Below, piece by piece: positions 37,250 through 47,303 of a stretch of 64,000 nucleotides of DNA. The DNA is taken from NCBI GenBank assembly GCA_963754315.1, contig CAVWFS010000018.1, forward strand, positions 384,001 to 448,000, in the 5' to 3' direction. Each line of letters starts with the position of its first letter. The first letter of the stretch is position 1. This stretch comes from an uncultured Candidatus Rokubacteria bacterium. Its GTDB lineage: Bacteria > Methylomirabilota > Methylomirabilia > Rokubacteriales > CSP1-6. The notes under the pieces are model-generated. The model saw only the letters and a program-made list of their open reading frames with translations. It searched no databases and was not told the origin of the DNA. The position numbers and the translations under genes were made by a program.

Positions 37250-38104
37250 ATGAGACGCGCACTGGCAATCCTACTCACATTGGCGCTGGGGGTGAGCCTC
37301 GCGGCGCCGGCGCTAGCCGAGACGACCCTGGAGAAGATCAACCGCACGGGTGTCCTCACCATCGGGACCCGGACGGGATCGCCCCCCTTTGCCTATGTCG
37401 ACAAGAACAACGAGTGGGTGGGGTTTACCATCGACCTCGTCGAGCAAGGTGTGATGCCCGCCATCGCCAAGAAGCTGGGCAAGCCGGTCAAGCTCGAGAA
37501 GAAGGAGTCGACACCGCCCACGCGTATCCCGCTCCTCTCCTCGAACGCGGTGGATCTCATCGCGGGCACCATGACCGATACCCCCCAGCGGCGAGAGAGC
37601 GTGGACTTCAGTCTCACCTTCTTCCTGACCGGCGCCCAGTTCATGGTGAAGAAGGGGAGCCCCATCAAGAGCATCAACGACATCGCCGGCAAGCGCATCG
37701 CCGCCCAGCAGGGCTCCACCAATGCCAAGATCGTTCGGGAGAAGGTCCCCACCGCCATCCTGCGCGAATTTCCCGACCAGCCCGCCGCCTTCCAGGCTCT
37801 CATCCAGGGTCAGGTTGATGCGTTCACCAACGATGGCATCCAGCTGTTCGGCCTCAAGGCCAAGGCGCCAAACCCGAACGACTTCGAGGTGGTCGGTGAT
37901 TTCTACTCCCAGGAGCCCTACGGGATGGCCATGCGAAAGGGCGACCCCGAGTTCAAGCAGGTGGTCGATGCCGGACTGAAAACCCTCCTGGAGTCGGGGA
38001 AGTATTTCGAGATCTACGACAAGTGGTTCGGTCCCAAGAGCGAGGTGCCGTACCCGATGAGCCCCGAGACAAAGAAGTTCCTCCTCGCTCAGATCGGCAA
38101 GTAG
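37250..38104 (+). CDS. Polar amino acid (Glu/Asp-like) ABC substrate-binding protein
   Basis: Signal peptide, SPPFAY, TRIPLL, VDFS, QGST, EPYG. Confidence 0.9.
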   Translation: MRRALAILLTLALGVSLAAPALAETTLEKINRTGVLTIGTRTGSPPFAYVDKNNEWVGFTIDLVEQGVMPAIAKKLGKPVKLEKKESTPPTRIPLLSSNAVDLIAGTMTDTPQRRESVDFSLTFFLTGAQFMVKKGSPIKSINDIAGKRIAAQQGSTNAKIVREKVPTAILREFPDQPAAFQALIQGQVDAFTNDGIQLFGLKAKAPNPNDFEVVGDFYSQEPYGMAMRKGDPEFKQVVDAGLKTLLESGKYFEIYDKWFGPKSEVPYPMSPETKKFLLAQIGK

Positions 38105-38132
38105 TAGCGGGCGGACAGCGCCGGCGCGGCAC

Positions 38133-38852
38133 GTGAACTACTCGTTCACGTGGAGTGTGCTGTGGACGGGCCAGTCGGGGCACTGGCTGCTGCATGGAGT
38201 CCTTACCACCTTGGCGCTCTCGGTATTGGCCTGGGTCCTCGCCGTCGTCCTTGGGCTGACGGCGGGGGCCCTGCGCACCGTACCGTTCCGGCCGTTGCGC
38301 GCGGCAGGAACGGCCTATGTGGAGTTTTTTCGCAACGTGCCGCTCATCGTCTGGATGTTCTTCTGGTACTTTGGCGTGCCGCCACTTCTGCCCCTGGCCC
38401 TCCAGGACTGGCTCTTCAGCCACGGCGCCGAGTTCTGGGCGGGTACGTTTGCCCTCGGCGTCTATCACGGAGCCCGAATGTCCGAGGTGATCCGCTCCGG
38501 CATTCTCTCCATTCCGCGCACCCAGTTCGAGGCGGCCCAGGCCATGGGACTCACCACATGGCAGGCCTATCGGCTGGTGATCCTACCCATCGCCGTCCGG
38601 CTCATCGTGCCGCCCGCCACCAACGAGTCGCTCAATATCCTGAAGAACTCCTCGGTCGCGCTGACCATCAGCGTCCCCGAGCTGACCTTTCAGACGCGCC
38701 AGATCGAGACGTACACGGCCAAGGCCATCGAGGCCCTGACCGCCGGGACCCTCATCTATCTCGCCATGTGCCTCTGCATTGCCTGGATCATGGCTCGCGT
38801 GGAACGGCGGATCGCCATTCCCGGCATGATCGCCCGCGGGGGTGGCGGTTGA
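38133..38852 (+). CDS. Amino acid ABC transporter permease
   Basis: YVEFFRNVPL, SEVIRSGI...QFEAAQAMG. Confidence 0.92.
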   Translation: MNYSFTWSVLWTGQSGHWLLHGVLTTLALSVLAWVLAVVLGLTAGALRTVPFRPLRAAGTAYVEFFRNVPLIVWMFFWYFGVPPLLPLALQDWLFSHGAEFWAGTFALGVYHGARMSEVIRSGILSIPRTQFEAAQAMGLTTWQAYRLVILPIAVRLIVPPATNESLNILKNSSVALTISVPELTFQTRQIETYTAKAIEALTAGTLIYLAMCLCIAWIMARVERRIAIPGMIARGGGG

Positions 38853-39520
38853 TGGACCTCACGGTCATCGCCCACAACTGGAAATTCCTGATCCTTCAGG
38901 GCTTGTTGGGGATCGGCAACTTCGCGGGGGGCACCTTGCGATTGGCCATCCCCGCCATCGTCCTCGGCTTCCTGTTGGGCATCGTCATCGGGCTGGCCCG
39001 GCTGGCCCCGTCAGCGGTGGTACGGGGAGTGGCCACCGCCTACGTGGAGTTCTTCCGCGGTGTGCCACTGGTCATGGTGATCTTCTGGATGTGGTTCATC
39101 ATCCCTCAACTGCTCCGCCTGCCTATTCCGGAGTACGGGGTGGCCCTCACGGCCTTCGTCATCTTCGAAGCCGCTTACTTCGGCGAGATCGTGCGCGCGG
39201 GTGTGCAGTCCGTGCCGCGGGGGCAGGTAGAGGCTGCCCGCGCGGTGGGGCTCACCGGCGCTCAGACCATGCGCGTGATCGTCCTGCCGCAGGCCCTGCG
39301 CAACATGGTGCCCTCGCTGGTGACCCAGATGATCGTGCTGTTCAAGGACACCTCCCTGGCTTCCATCATCGGATACGTCGATCTCACCAAGGCCGCCCAG
39401 ATCGTCAACAATCGCGAGATCAAGCCCTTTCAGCTGTACCTGTTCATCGCCATCGTGTACTGGCTGTGCGCCTATTCCATGTCCCGGATGGCGCGTCGGC
39501 TGGAGAAAAAGACCGCGTAG
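38852..39520 (+). CDS. Amino acid ABC transporter permease
   Basis: YVEFFRGVPL, EIVRAG...QVEAARAVG, FKDTSL; TGATG overlap. Confidence 0.92.
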   Translation: MDLTVIAHNWKFLILQGLLGIGNFAGGTLRLAIPAIVLGFLLGIVIGLARLAPSAVVRGVATAYVEFFRGVPLVMVIFWMWFIIPQLLRLPIPEYGVALTAFVIFEAAYFGEIVRAGVQSVPRGQVEAARAVGLTGAQTMRVIVLPQALRNMVPSLVTQMIVLFKDTSLASIIGYVDLTKAAQIVNNREIKPFQLYLFIAIVYWLCAYSMSRMARRLEKKTA

Positions 39521-39597
39521 CCGTGCGGGCGGCCATCACACTACTGCCGAGGCTGGGCCTCGTGGCGAAAGGCGAGGTATCATTCACCCATTCGATC

Positions 39598-40806
39598 ATG
39601 CGCTATCGCCTGACTGCACTCGGCGTCGTGGCGGGGCTGATCCTCGCCGCCGCGGGATGCCAACGAGACAACCCTGCAACCGCCGCCCAACCCTCCAAGC
39701 CGGCCACGGCTGCGCCCCGGCCCGTGCGTCTCGTTGCCGTCGCGCTCGACAAGGTGCCGCGTACGGTGGAGGCCACGGGGACCCTCGTTGCCGACGAGCA
39801 GGTCGTGCTGGGGACGAAGGTGCCGGGGCGGCTCCGGGAGATTACGGTTGACATGGGCACTCGGGTCCAGAAGGGCCACGTGGTCGGCCGTATCGATCCC
39901 GGGGACTATCAGCATCGGCTCGAGCAGTCGGTGGCAGCCCTCCAGCAGGCACGCGCCCGTCTGGGCCTCTCGCCCGACGGGACCGATGACCGGGTCGATC
40001 CAGAGCAGACGGCGATCGTGCGCCAGGCGCGTGCCGTGCTCGACGAGGCAAAGCTTACCCTGGACAGGATGACCCGGCTGTGGGACCAGCAGCTCATTGC
40101 GCGCGCTCAGCTCGACTCGGCCCAGTTCGGCCTGCAGGCGTCGGAAGGGCGCTACCAGGACGCACTGGAAGAGGTGCGCAATCGCCAGGCCGTCCTGGTC
40201 CAGCGCCGGGCCGAGGTGGATCTGGCTCGCCAGCAACTCACGGACACCGCGCTTGTGTCTCCGATCGATGCCGCCGTCAGTCAGCGGCAGGCGTCGGTCG
40301 GTGAGTACCTGGGAGCGGGCGCGCCCGTGGTCACCCTGGTGCGCACGCATCCCCTGCGCCTGCGATTGTCGTTGCCCGAACGAGAGGCTTCATCGGTGAA
40401 GATCGGGCAGACCGTACGCGTCAGAGTGGAGGGGGATCCCAACGGCCACCAGGGGTCGGTGGTGAGGCTCTCACCTCAGATCGCCGAGCTGAATCGGACC
40501 CTCTTGATCGAGGCCGAGGTACCGAACGAGCGCGGGCTCCTGAGGCCCGGGGCGTTCGCCCGGGCGGAGGTGATCACCCAGATCGACCAGCCGATGGTGA
40601 CCGTCCCGGCCTCGGCAGTCGTCGTCTTTGCCGGGGTCGAGAAGGTCATGAGCGTCAAGGATGGGAAAAGCGTGGAGATTCGGATCCAGACCGGACGCCG
40701 TCAGGGTGAACGGGTTGAAGTGGTGGCGGGGCTGCAGGGAACCGAGCTGATCGTGGCCCAGCCGGGGAATCTGGCCGGGGGGCAAGCAGTCACGGTGGAG
40801 AAGTAG
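39598..40806 (+). CDS. RND efflux periplasmic adaptor (MFP), lipoprotein
   Basis: Lipobox AAGC, lipoyl-half motifs, alpha-hairpin, LRPGAF. Confidence 0.9.
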   Translation: MRYRLTALGVVAGLILAAAGCQRDNPATAAQPSKPATAAPRPVRLVAVALDKVPRTVEATGTLVADEQVVLGTKVPGRLREITVDMGTRVQKGHVVGRIDPGDYQHRLEQSVAALQQARARLGLSPDGTDDRVDPEQTAIVRQARAVLDEAKLTLDRMTRLWDQQLIARAQLDSAQFGLQASEGRYQDALEEVRNRQAVLVQRRAEVDLARQQLTDTALVSPIDAAVSQRQASVGEYLGAGAPVVTLVRTHPLRLRLSLPEREASSVKIGQTVRVRVEGDPNGHQGSVVRLSPQIAELNRTLLIEAEVPNERGLLRPGAFARAEVITQIDQPMVTVPASAVVVFAGVEKVMSVKDGKSVEIRIQTGRRQGERVEVVAGLQGTELIVAQPGNLAGGQAVTVEK

Positions 40807-43800
40807 ATGCAGAAGCTCGCTGAGGTCTGCATCCGTCGACCGGTGTTCGCCACCATGATCATCATGGCGCTGGTCGTCGTGGGGGCGGTCAGCTACTTCA
40901 GGCTCGGCGTGGACCGCTTCCCGTCAGTGGAACTGCCCACCGTCTCCGTCCGCACAGAGCTGCCGGGCGCCTCGCCCGAGGAGATGGAAACGCAGGTCTC
41001 ACAGAAGCTGGAAGAAGCCATCAACACCATCCAGGGCATCCACGAGCTGCGCTCCATCACGAGCCCCGGAAATTCCATCGTCATCGTCACCTTCAACCTG
41101 AACCGTCCCATCGACGTGGCTGCGCAGGACATCCGCGAGAAGGTGGCCATCGCTGTTCGCAACCTGCCCCGCGACATCCGACCACCGATCATCTCCAAGT
41201 TCGACAACGATCAGGCGCCGGTGCTGACCCTGGCCGTCTCCGGCAACCGGTCATTGCGGGAGCTGACGGAGATCGCCGACAAGACGGTCAAGGTCGACAT
41301 CGAGCGTGCGTCCGGGGTAGGGGAAGTGCGCCTGGTGGGGGGACTCTCACGGGCCGTCAACGTGTGGGTGGACGCCAACCGGCTGGCCGCCTACCAGATC
41401 CCCATCGCCTCTGTGCGCGACGCCATTGCCCGGCAGAACGCCGACCTCCCGGGAGGCAACGTCACCACCGGGCGCAGCGAGCAGTCCTTGCGGACGATGG
41501 GGCGCATCGTGGACCCCAGGTCGTTCAACGATCTGGTGGTCGCCACCGTCAACGGCGCACCCGTCCGCGTTCGCGACATCGGGGCGGCGGAGGACGGCAC
41601 CAAGGAGCAGCGCTCGGCCGCCCGCATCAACGGGGTGCCGAGCGTGGTGCTGGAGGTACGCCGGCAGTCGGGGGAAAACACGGTGGCCGTCATCGAGGCG
41701 GTGAAGACCAACCTGGCCCGCCTGGCTCCCCGTCTGCCCGCCGACGTCAAGACCGAGATTATCCGCGATCAGTCGAGCTACATCTACAACGCCTTGCACG
41801 AGATCAACCTGCATCTGGTGCTGGGCAGCATCCTCGCCTCCCTGGTGGTGCTGCTCTTCATGCGGAGCCTGCGCTCGACCATCATCGCGGCGGTAGCCAT
41901 TCCCTGCTCGGTCATTGCTGCCTTCGGCATGATGTGGGCGCTCGGGTTCACCCTCAACAGCGTGACCATGCTCGCCCTCGTGCTCATGGTCGGCATCGTC
42001 ATCGACGACGCCATCGTGGTGCTCGAGAACATCTACCGGTTCGTGGAAGAGAAGAAGATGCGGCCGTTCGAGGCGGCCCGGGAAGCCACCGCCGATATCG
42101 GCCTCGCCGTCATGGCCACGACCTTCTCGTTGGTGGTGATCTTCGTGCCCGTGTCGTTCATGTCGTCGATCTCGGGACGCTTCCTCTACCAGTTCGGCCT
42201 CACGGCGGCCGTCTCGGTCCTGGTGAGCCTCCTCGTGTCCTTCACCCTGACCCCCATGATGAGCGCGCGCATGCTGCGCGCCGAGGACGCCAGCGCCCAC
42301 GGGCATGGCGAAGCACGGTCTCGGCGTGGCTTCTACGGGGTGATCGACCGGGGATATACCTGGCTCTTGCGGCTCTCCATGAGTCGGTGGGGTCGTCCCG
42401 TGGTGGTCGTGCTCGCCCTGCTCGTGCTGGCCTCCACTATCCCCCTCTACGAATGGGTCAAGCGGGAGTACGTGCCGAGCGACGTGGACGAGGCCGAGTT
42501 CGAGATGCTCATCGAGGGCCAGGAAGGGATGAGCCTGGCGGCCATGGACGAGGCGCTGCAGGCGATCGATCGGGAGGCGCGCGCGGTGCGCGGGGTGCGG
42601 CTGGTCGTCCTGGTGACCGGGACGGGAGGACTGGCGCGGGTCAATCAGGGCAATGGCTACGTGCGCATCGCCCCCCATGCCGAGCGCACCGTGACCCTGA
42701 CTCGTCTGTGGGACGGGGTGCGTCGGGGGGATCCGTTCGCCGCTTTCCGCGACAACTATTCTCAGCGTCAGGTCATGACGGAGCTACGCCAGCGCTTGCG
42801 CAAGTTCACCGATATGCGGATCTCAATCCGGAACATCCCGGGTTTCAACATCGGAGGCGGTAACTTCGACATTGACTTTGTCTTGCGGGGGCCCGACCTG
42901 GAGACGCTGGCTCGCTACGGCGAGCAGCTGCGGCGCAAGGGGATCGAGCTTGGCGGCATGAATGACCTCAACACCACCCTGCGTCTCGATCGGCCTGAAC
43001 TCCGGGTGCAGATCGACCGGGAGCGGGCGGCCGACCTGCTCGTCGACACCGAGCAGATCGCGACCACCCTGCGTCTCATGGTCGGTGGAGACCAGGAAGT
43101 CTCGCGCTTTCGCGATCCCGTCATCAACGAGGACTATGACGTCCAGCTTCGCCTGCGCGAGGAGGACCGGCGCGACCCGAGAACCATCTCACGCCTGTTC
43201 GTGTCACGCCCGGGAGCCACCTCCGGCACGGGGGTGGGCGCCGCGCCGGCCCTTGGGCTGGCACCGGGCGGCGGGTTGGTCCGTCTCGACAGCCTCGTGA
43301 AGATCGTTCCCACCCGGACGGCTCCCCGTATCGATCGGTCTGATCGTCAGCGCGAGGTGCGGCTGCGGGCTTCGGTGGCGCCCGGGTACGGCCTCGCCGA
43401 CCGGATCGACGCCCTCCGCCAGGCGGCCGTCCAGATGGATCTTCCGCCCGGCTATACCACGGCCGTGTCAGGGCGGGCGAGCGAGTTCGAGAAGACCTTT
43501 AAGGAGTTCCTGTGGGTGTTTCTTCTCGCGGTCATCTTCATGTACATGATCCTGGCCTCGCAGTTCGAGAGTCTCATTCACCCGCTGACGATCCTGCTCT
43601 CGCTCCCTCTTGCCGTGCCGTTCGCACTCTTCTCCTTGTGGTACACGGGCAACACGCTGAATCTGTACTCGGCGCTGGGAATCCTGGTTCTGTTCGGCAT
43701 CGTGAAGAAGAACTCGATCTTGCAGATCGACCAGATGAACGCCCTGCGCGAAGCCGGTCACGATCGGGCCTACGCGATCATCGAGGGTAACCGCAACCGA

Positions 43801-44176
43801 CTCCGGCCGATCCTCATGACCACTCTGGCTCTGGTGGCGGGCATGCTGCCGCTGTGGCTCGGTACTGGTCCGGGCGCCGAGGAGCGTCGCGCCATCGCTG
43901 TCGTGGTCATCGGCGGTCAGTCCCTCTGCCTGTTGCTCACTCTGCTGGTCACGCCGGTGGCCTACTCGCTCTTCGAGGACTTTGCGCGAGCCATGGGCTG
44001 GCAGGGTCTCTCACGGCGGAGTCGGCGCGTGATGGACCGGCTCCGGCCAGCAAAACGGCTGGTGGCGGCCCCGCACGGCCAATGGCTCGGCCCTCGGGCC
44101 CGGTATACCAGTCGCCCCCTTCGAGGACGACGACCGCGAAGCCCCTGCGCCGAAGCCCGAAGCCGGACACCGCTAG
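40807..44176 (+). CDS. RND efflux permease (AcrB/MdtB-like); natural stop probably TAG 44174-44176 after a +1 shift
   Basis: IRRPVFA, GIVIDDAIVVLEN, SFTLTPM, GIVKKNSIL, RLRPILMT; the reading frame runs on into the next gene. Confidence 0.9.
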
Positions 44177-44202
44177 GCCTCCAAGCCATCGAGGGCAGAT
44201 AC

Positions 44203-45375
44203 ATGTACCCACATCAGAACGAACGTCTGACCGTGGCCCTGGACCGGGCTGGTGTGGAGGCCCTGGTGGCCACGTCGGCCGCCAACGTCGCCTATGTGGC
44301 CGGGTTCGTCGGTGTCGGCGACCCCGGAGCCACTTCGAGCGGATCGGCCATCTTCACCCGGCAAGGGACGGCCCTGGTGCTCCCGGCCATCGCGGCGCCG
44401 TCGGCCATCAGCGAGGGGCTCGAGGTGGACCACCTCGTGTGTTTCGGTGATTTTCAGGCGGCATTCAAACAGCCTCGGGATGCCTCCCTGTCTCGCTTGC
44501 AGTCGGTCCTGGACCAGCGGGCGGCGAGCCTCCCCGAGGCGCTCGGACTAGCCCTCGGTCTGTTGGGTGTACGAAGTGGGACGGTCGGCGTCGAGATGGG
44601 CGGGCTTGCCCCCCTCGAGTGGGAACGCGTGAACGAACGGCTCGTTCCCCTCAAGATCGTAAGCGGCGCCGACCACCTCGCGGCCGCGCGCCGTGTGAAG
44701 GCACCGTTCGAGATCGAATGCCTGCAACGCGCTCTGGGCATCGCCGAGGAGGCGCTCAACGAGGTGATTCAGACCATTGCTCGCGGGACCACCGAGCGCG
44801 AGGCGGCCACCGCGTATCGGGCGGAAGTCGTGAAGCGAGGCGCCGATCCTTGCCGCGTTCGGGTCTTGATGGGCGAGCGTACGGGCCTTCCCCTGGCCCG
44901 GCCGACTGACCGGGCCTTGCGTCCGGGCGAGCTGGTGCGTTTCGATGTCGGCTGCGTCTATCGCGGGTACCATGCGGGTGTCGCCCGGACGGGAGTGCTC
45001 GGCGCTCCCACGAGCGAGCACGACGCTTCCTATGGAGCCCTCCTGGCCGGTATGGAGGCGGCCATCGCCGGCGCGGCGCCTGGGCGTTCGGCGGGCCACG
45101 TTCCGACGGCAGCGGACCAGGCCGTGCGTGCCCACGGTCTCGAGCGTTACCGACACGGTTCTGTCGGCCACGGGATCGGCCTCGAGCCCTGCGAGCCCCC
45201 GTCCCTCAGCGAGGGCGACCGAACGGCGCTCGAGGCGGGGGAGGTCCTTCAGATCGACGTCTCATTTTGCGAGATCGGCGCCTGCGGCTTCGCGGTGAAG
45301 GAGACGGTTCTGGTGACGACGACAGGGGCCCGCTCGCTGAATCGATCGGCGCGCGGGTTGGTTACCCTGGACTGA
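44203..45375 (+). CDS. M24 (Xaa-Pro peptidase/creatinase fold) protein
   Basis: Own GAGGG RBS and ATG; Creatinase_N region (NVAYVAGF), RRVKAPFEIE, GHGIGLE. Confidence 0.8.
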   Translation: MYPHQNERLTVALDRAGVEALVATSAANVAYVAGFVGVGDPGATSSGSAIFTRQGTALVLPAIAAPSAISEGLEVDHLVCFGDFQAAFKQPRDASLSRLQSVLDQRAASLPEALGLALGLLGVRSGTVGVEMGGLAPLEWERVNERLVPLKIVSGADHLAAARRVKAPFEIECLQRALGIAEEALNEVIQTIARGTTEREAATAYRAEVVKRGADPCRVRVLMGERTGLPLARPTDRALRPGELVRFDVGCVYRGYHAGVARTGVLGAPTSEHDASYGALLAGMEAAIAGAAPGRSAGHVPTAADQAVRAHGLERYRHGSVGHGIGLEPCEPPSLSEGDRTALEAGEVLQIDVSFCEIGACGFAVKETVLVTTTGARSLNRSARGLVTLD

Positions 45376-45479
45376 GTTGTGGGACTGAAGAGCGTATGGT
45401 AGTTTGAGCCATTTTATCCGAACGTGCTGCACTCCTGTCCTGGGCGTGCGTGCAGGACCACTTTCACGGGAGGGACACC

Positions 45480-47036
45480 ATGACTTCGTTCAGGATCATG
45501 TTCCGGCGTCGTCCGCTGACACTGGTCGTGCTCCTCTTCGCCGTCGTCCTCGGCGGCCCCTTACCGCTGACGGCGCAGCAGGCGCCGGCGGGGCAGGTCA
45601 CCATGGCCTGGCATGTGACGATCGCGCCGAGTTGGTTCGACCCCTCGACGGCGCCGCCTCAGATCACGCCCTTCGGCCTCCTCTATGCGATGCACGACGC
45701 CCTCGTGCGGCCGTATCCCGGCCACAAGATGGGGCCAAGCCTCGCCGAGTCGTGGCAGGAGAGCGCTGACGGCAAGACCTACGAGTTCAAGCTGCGGCCT
45801 GGGCTCAAGTTTCATAACGGTGATCCGCTGACGGCCGAGGATGTGAAGTTCAGCTTCGAGCGCTACAAGGGAGCCGGTGCCACCATCATGAAGGAGCGCG
45901 TACGGGAGGTGGAGATCGTCAATCCCCTCCTGGTGCGCTTTCATCTCAAGGAGGCGTGGCCCGACTTCATGACGTTCTACGGCACCACAGCCACCGCGGC
46001 CGGCATCGTCGTACCCAAGAAGTACCTCTCCCAGGTGGGAGACGACGGTTTCAAGAAACAGCCCATCGGGGCAGGCCCCTACAAGTTCGTGAGCCACAAG
46101 CCTGGCGTGGAAGTCGTGCTGGAGGCGAACCCCGGGTACTGGCGCCGTGTGTCCAACGTCAAAACGCTCGTCATGAAGAGTGTCCCCGACGCCAACACCC
46201 GGGCCGTGATGCTCAAAACCGGAGACGCTGACATTGCGGTCGCGCTGGATGGTCCCGACGCTGAAGACCTCAAACGCGATCCCCGTATGCAGGTGGTGGC
46301 CTCCAAACACGCCTCGATCTTCTGGGTGGAATTCGCCGATCAGTGGGACCCGAAGTCTCCCTGGCACGACAAGCGAATGCGGTTGGCCGTGAACTATGCG
46401 CTGAACCGCAAGGCTATCAACGACGCCGGCTGTATTGGCCTGTGCCCGCCGGCTGGCGTGATCGTCCCCCGCGTCATGGACTTCGCGCTGCAGGTGGAGC
46501 CCCTCCCGTATGATCCGCAGAAGGCCAAGCAGTTGCTCACCGAGGCCGGCTATCCGAACGGGCTCGACGCCGGTGATTTCGGGGCGATCCCTGGGTTCCC
46601 GACGGTGGCCGAGGGGGTGCTCAACTATCTCAACGCCGTCGGCATTCGACTGAGGATGCGCTCCATGGAGCGAGCAGCCTTCTACGCGGCCTGGAAGGAC
46701 AAGCAGTTGCACGGCCTGTTCCTCACCGCGGTGGGAAACTCCGGCAACGCCGCCAGCCGCGTGGAGTCCTTCATCCAATCCAAGGGCGCATACGCCTACG
46801 GCGGCTATCCCGACATCGATGATCTGTTTCAACAGCAGGGGCGTGAGCGAGATGTCAAGAAGCGAGAAGCGCTCCTGCTGAAGATTCAGCAGCTCACGAT
46901 CGACCGGGTGATGTTCGCGCCGGTCATGGACCTCCGCGCCTTGATGGGGGTCGGACCGCGCGTGGCCAAGCACACGATCACGGAAGTCTGGATGAGCCCG
47001 TTCCCGTCCTACGAGGACATGACATTGAAGCCATAG
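45480..47036 (+). CDS. Family 5 (peptide/nickel) ABC substrate-binding protein
   Basis: Signal peptide, SLAESW, FKLRPGLKFHNGDPLTAEDVKFS, PIGAGPYKF. Confidence 0.92.
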   Translation: MTSFRIMFRRRPLTLVVLLFAVVLGGPLPLTAQQAPAGQVTMAWHVTIAPSWFDPSTAPPQITPFGLLYAMHDALVRPYPGHKMGPSLAESWQESADGKTYEFKLRPGLKFHNGDPLTAEDVKFSFERYKGAGATIMKERVREVEIVNPLLVRFHLKEAWPDFMTFYGTTATAAGIVVPKKYLSQVGDDGFKKQPIGAGPYKFVSHKPGVEVVLEANPGYWRRVSNVKTLVMKSVPDANTRAVMLKTGDADIAVALDGPDAEDLKRDPRMQVVASKHASIFWVEFADQWDPKSPWHDKRMRLAVNYALNRKAINDAGCIGLCPPAGVIVPRVMDFALQVEPLPYDPQKAKQLLTEAGYPNGLDAGDFGAIPGFPTVAEGVLNYLNAVGIRLRMRSMERAAFYAAWKDKQLHGLFLTAVGNSGNAASRVESFIQSKGAYAYGGYPDIDDLFQQQGRERDVKKREALLLKIQQLTIDRVMFAPVMDLRALMGVGPRVAKHTITEVWMSPFPSYEDMTLKP

Positions 47037-47041
47037 GCGAG

Positions 47042-47087
47042 GCCGGCCAGGGGCGGCCGCGTCTTTCGCGGCCACCCCTTGGCTGGC
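47042..47087 (+). terminator. Long GC hairpin immediately after the SBP gene
   Basis: GCCGGCCA-GGGG-c-GGCCGCG-tcttt-CGCGGCC-a-CCCC-t-TGGCTGGC; no clear U-tract. Confidence 0.45.
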
Positions 47088-47303
47088 GAACGCCTACGAC
47101 GGTCTCTGCTTGTCAGTCAGCTGGTCGGCGTGACGGTGCAGCAGCTTCCAGGCGTCGGCCTCCCTGTCCTCCTACGCATCGAGGCACCTCCTGCCGATGG
47201 CCCGACCCTAGGGACAGGCCGTCATCCCGTCAAAGAGTTCGGGAGGCGCTCTTTACAGGAGGGGGCATGCGCGCGATATAGTTCGCCGACCCCTATATCA
47301 CAC

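Noticed and set aside
40807..45375. 1522-aa RND permease-M24 peptidase fusion in the ORF track
   Set aside because: The +1 frame from about 44075 gives a natural tail (TANGSALGPGIPVAPFEDDDREAPAPKPEAGHR*) ending at TAG 44174-44176, and the M24 gene has its own RBS and ATG at 44203; one extra base explains the fusion
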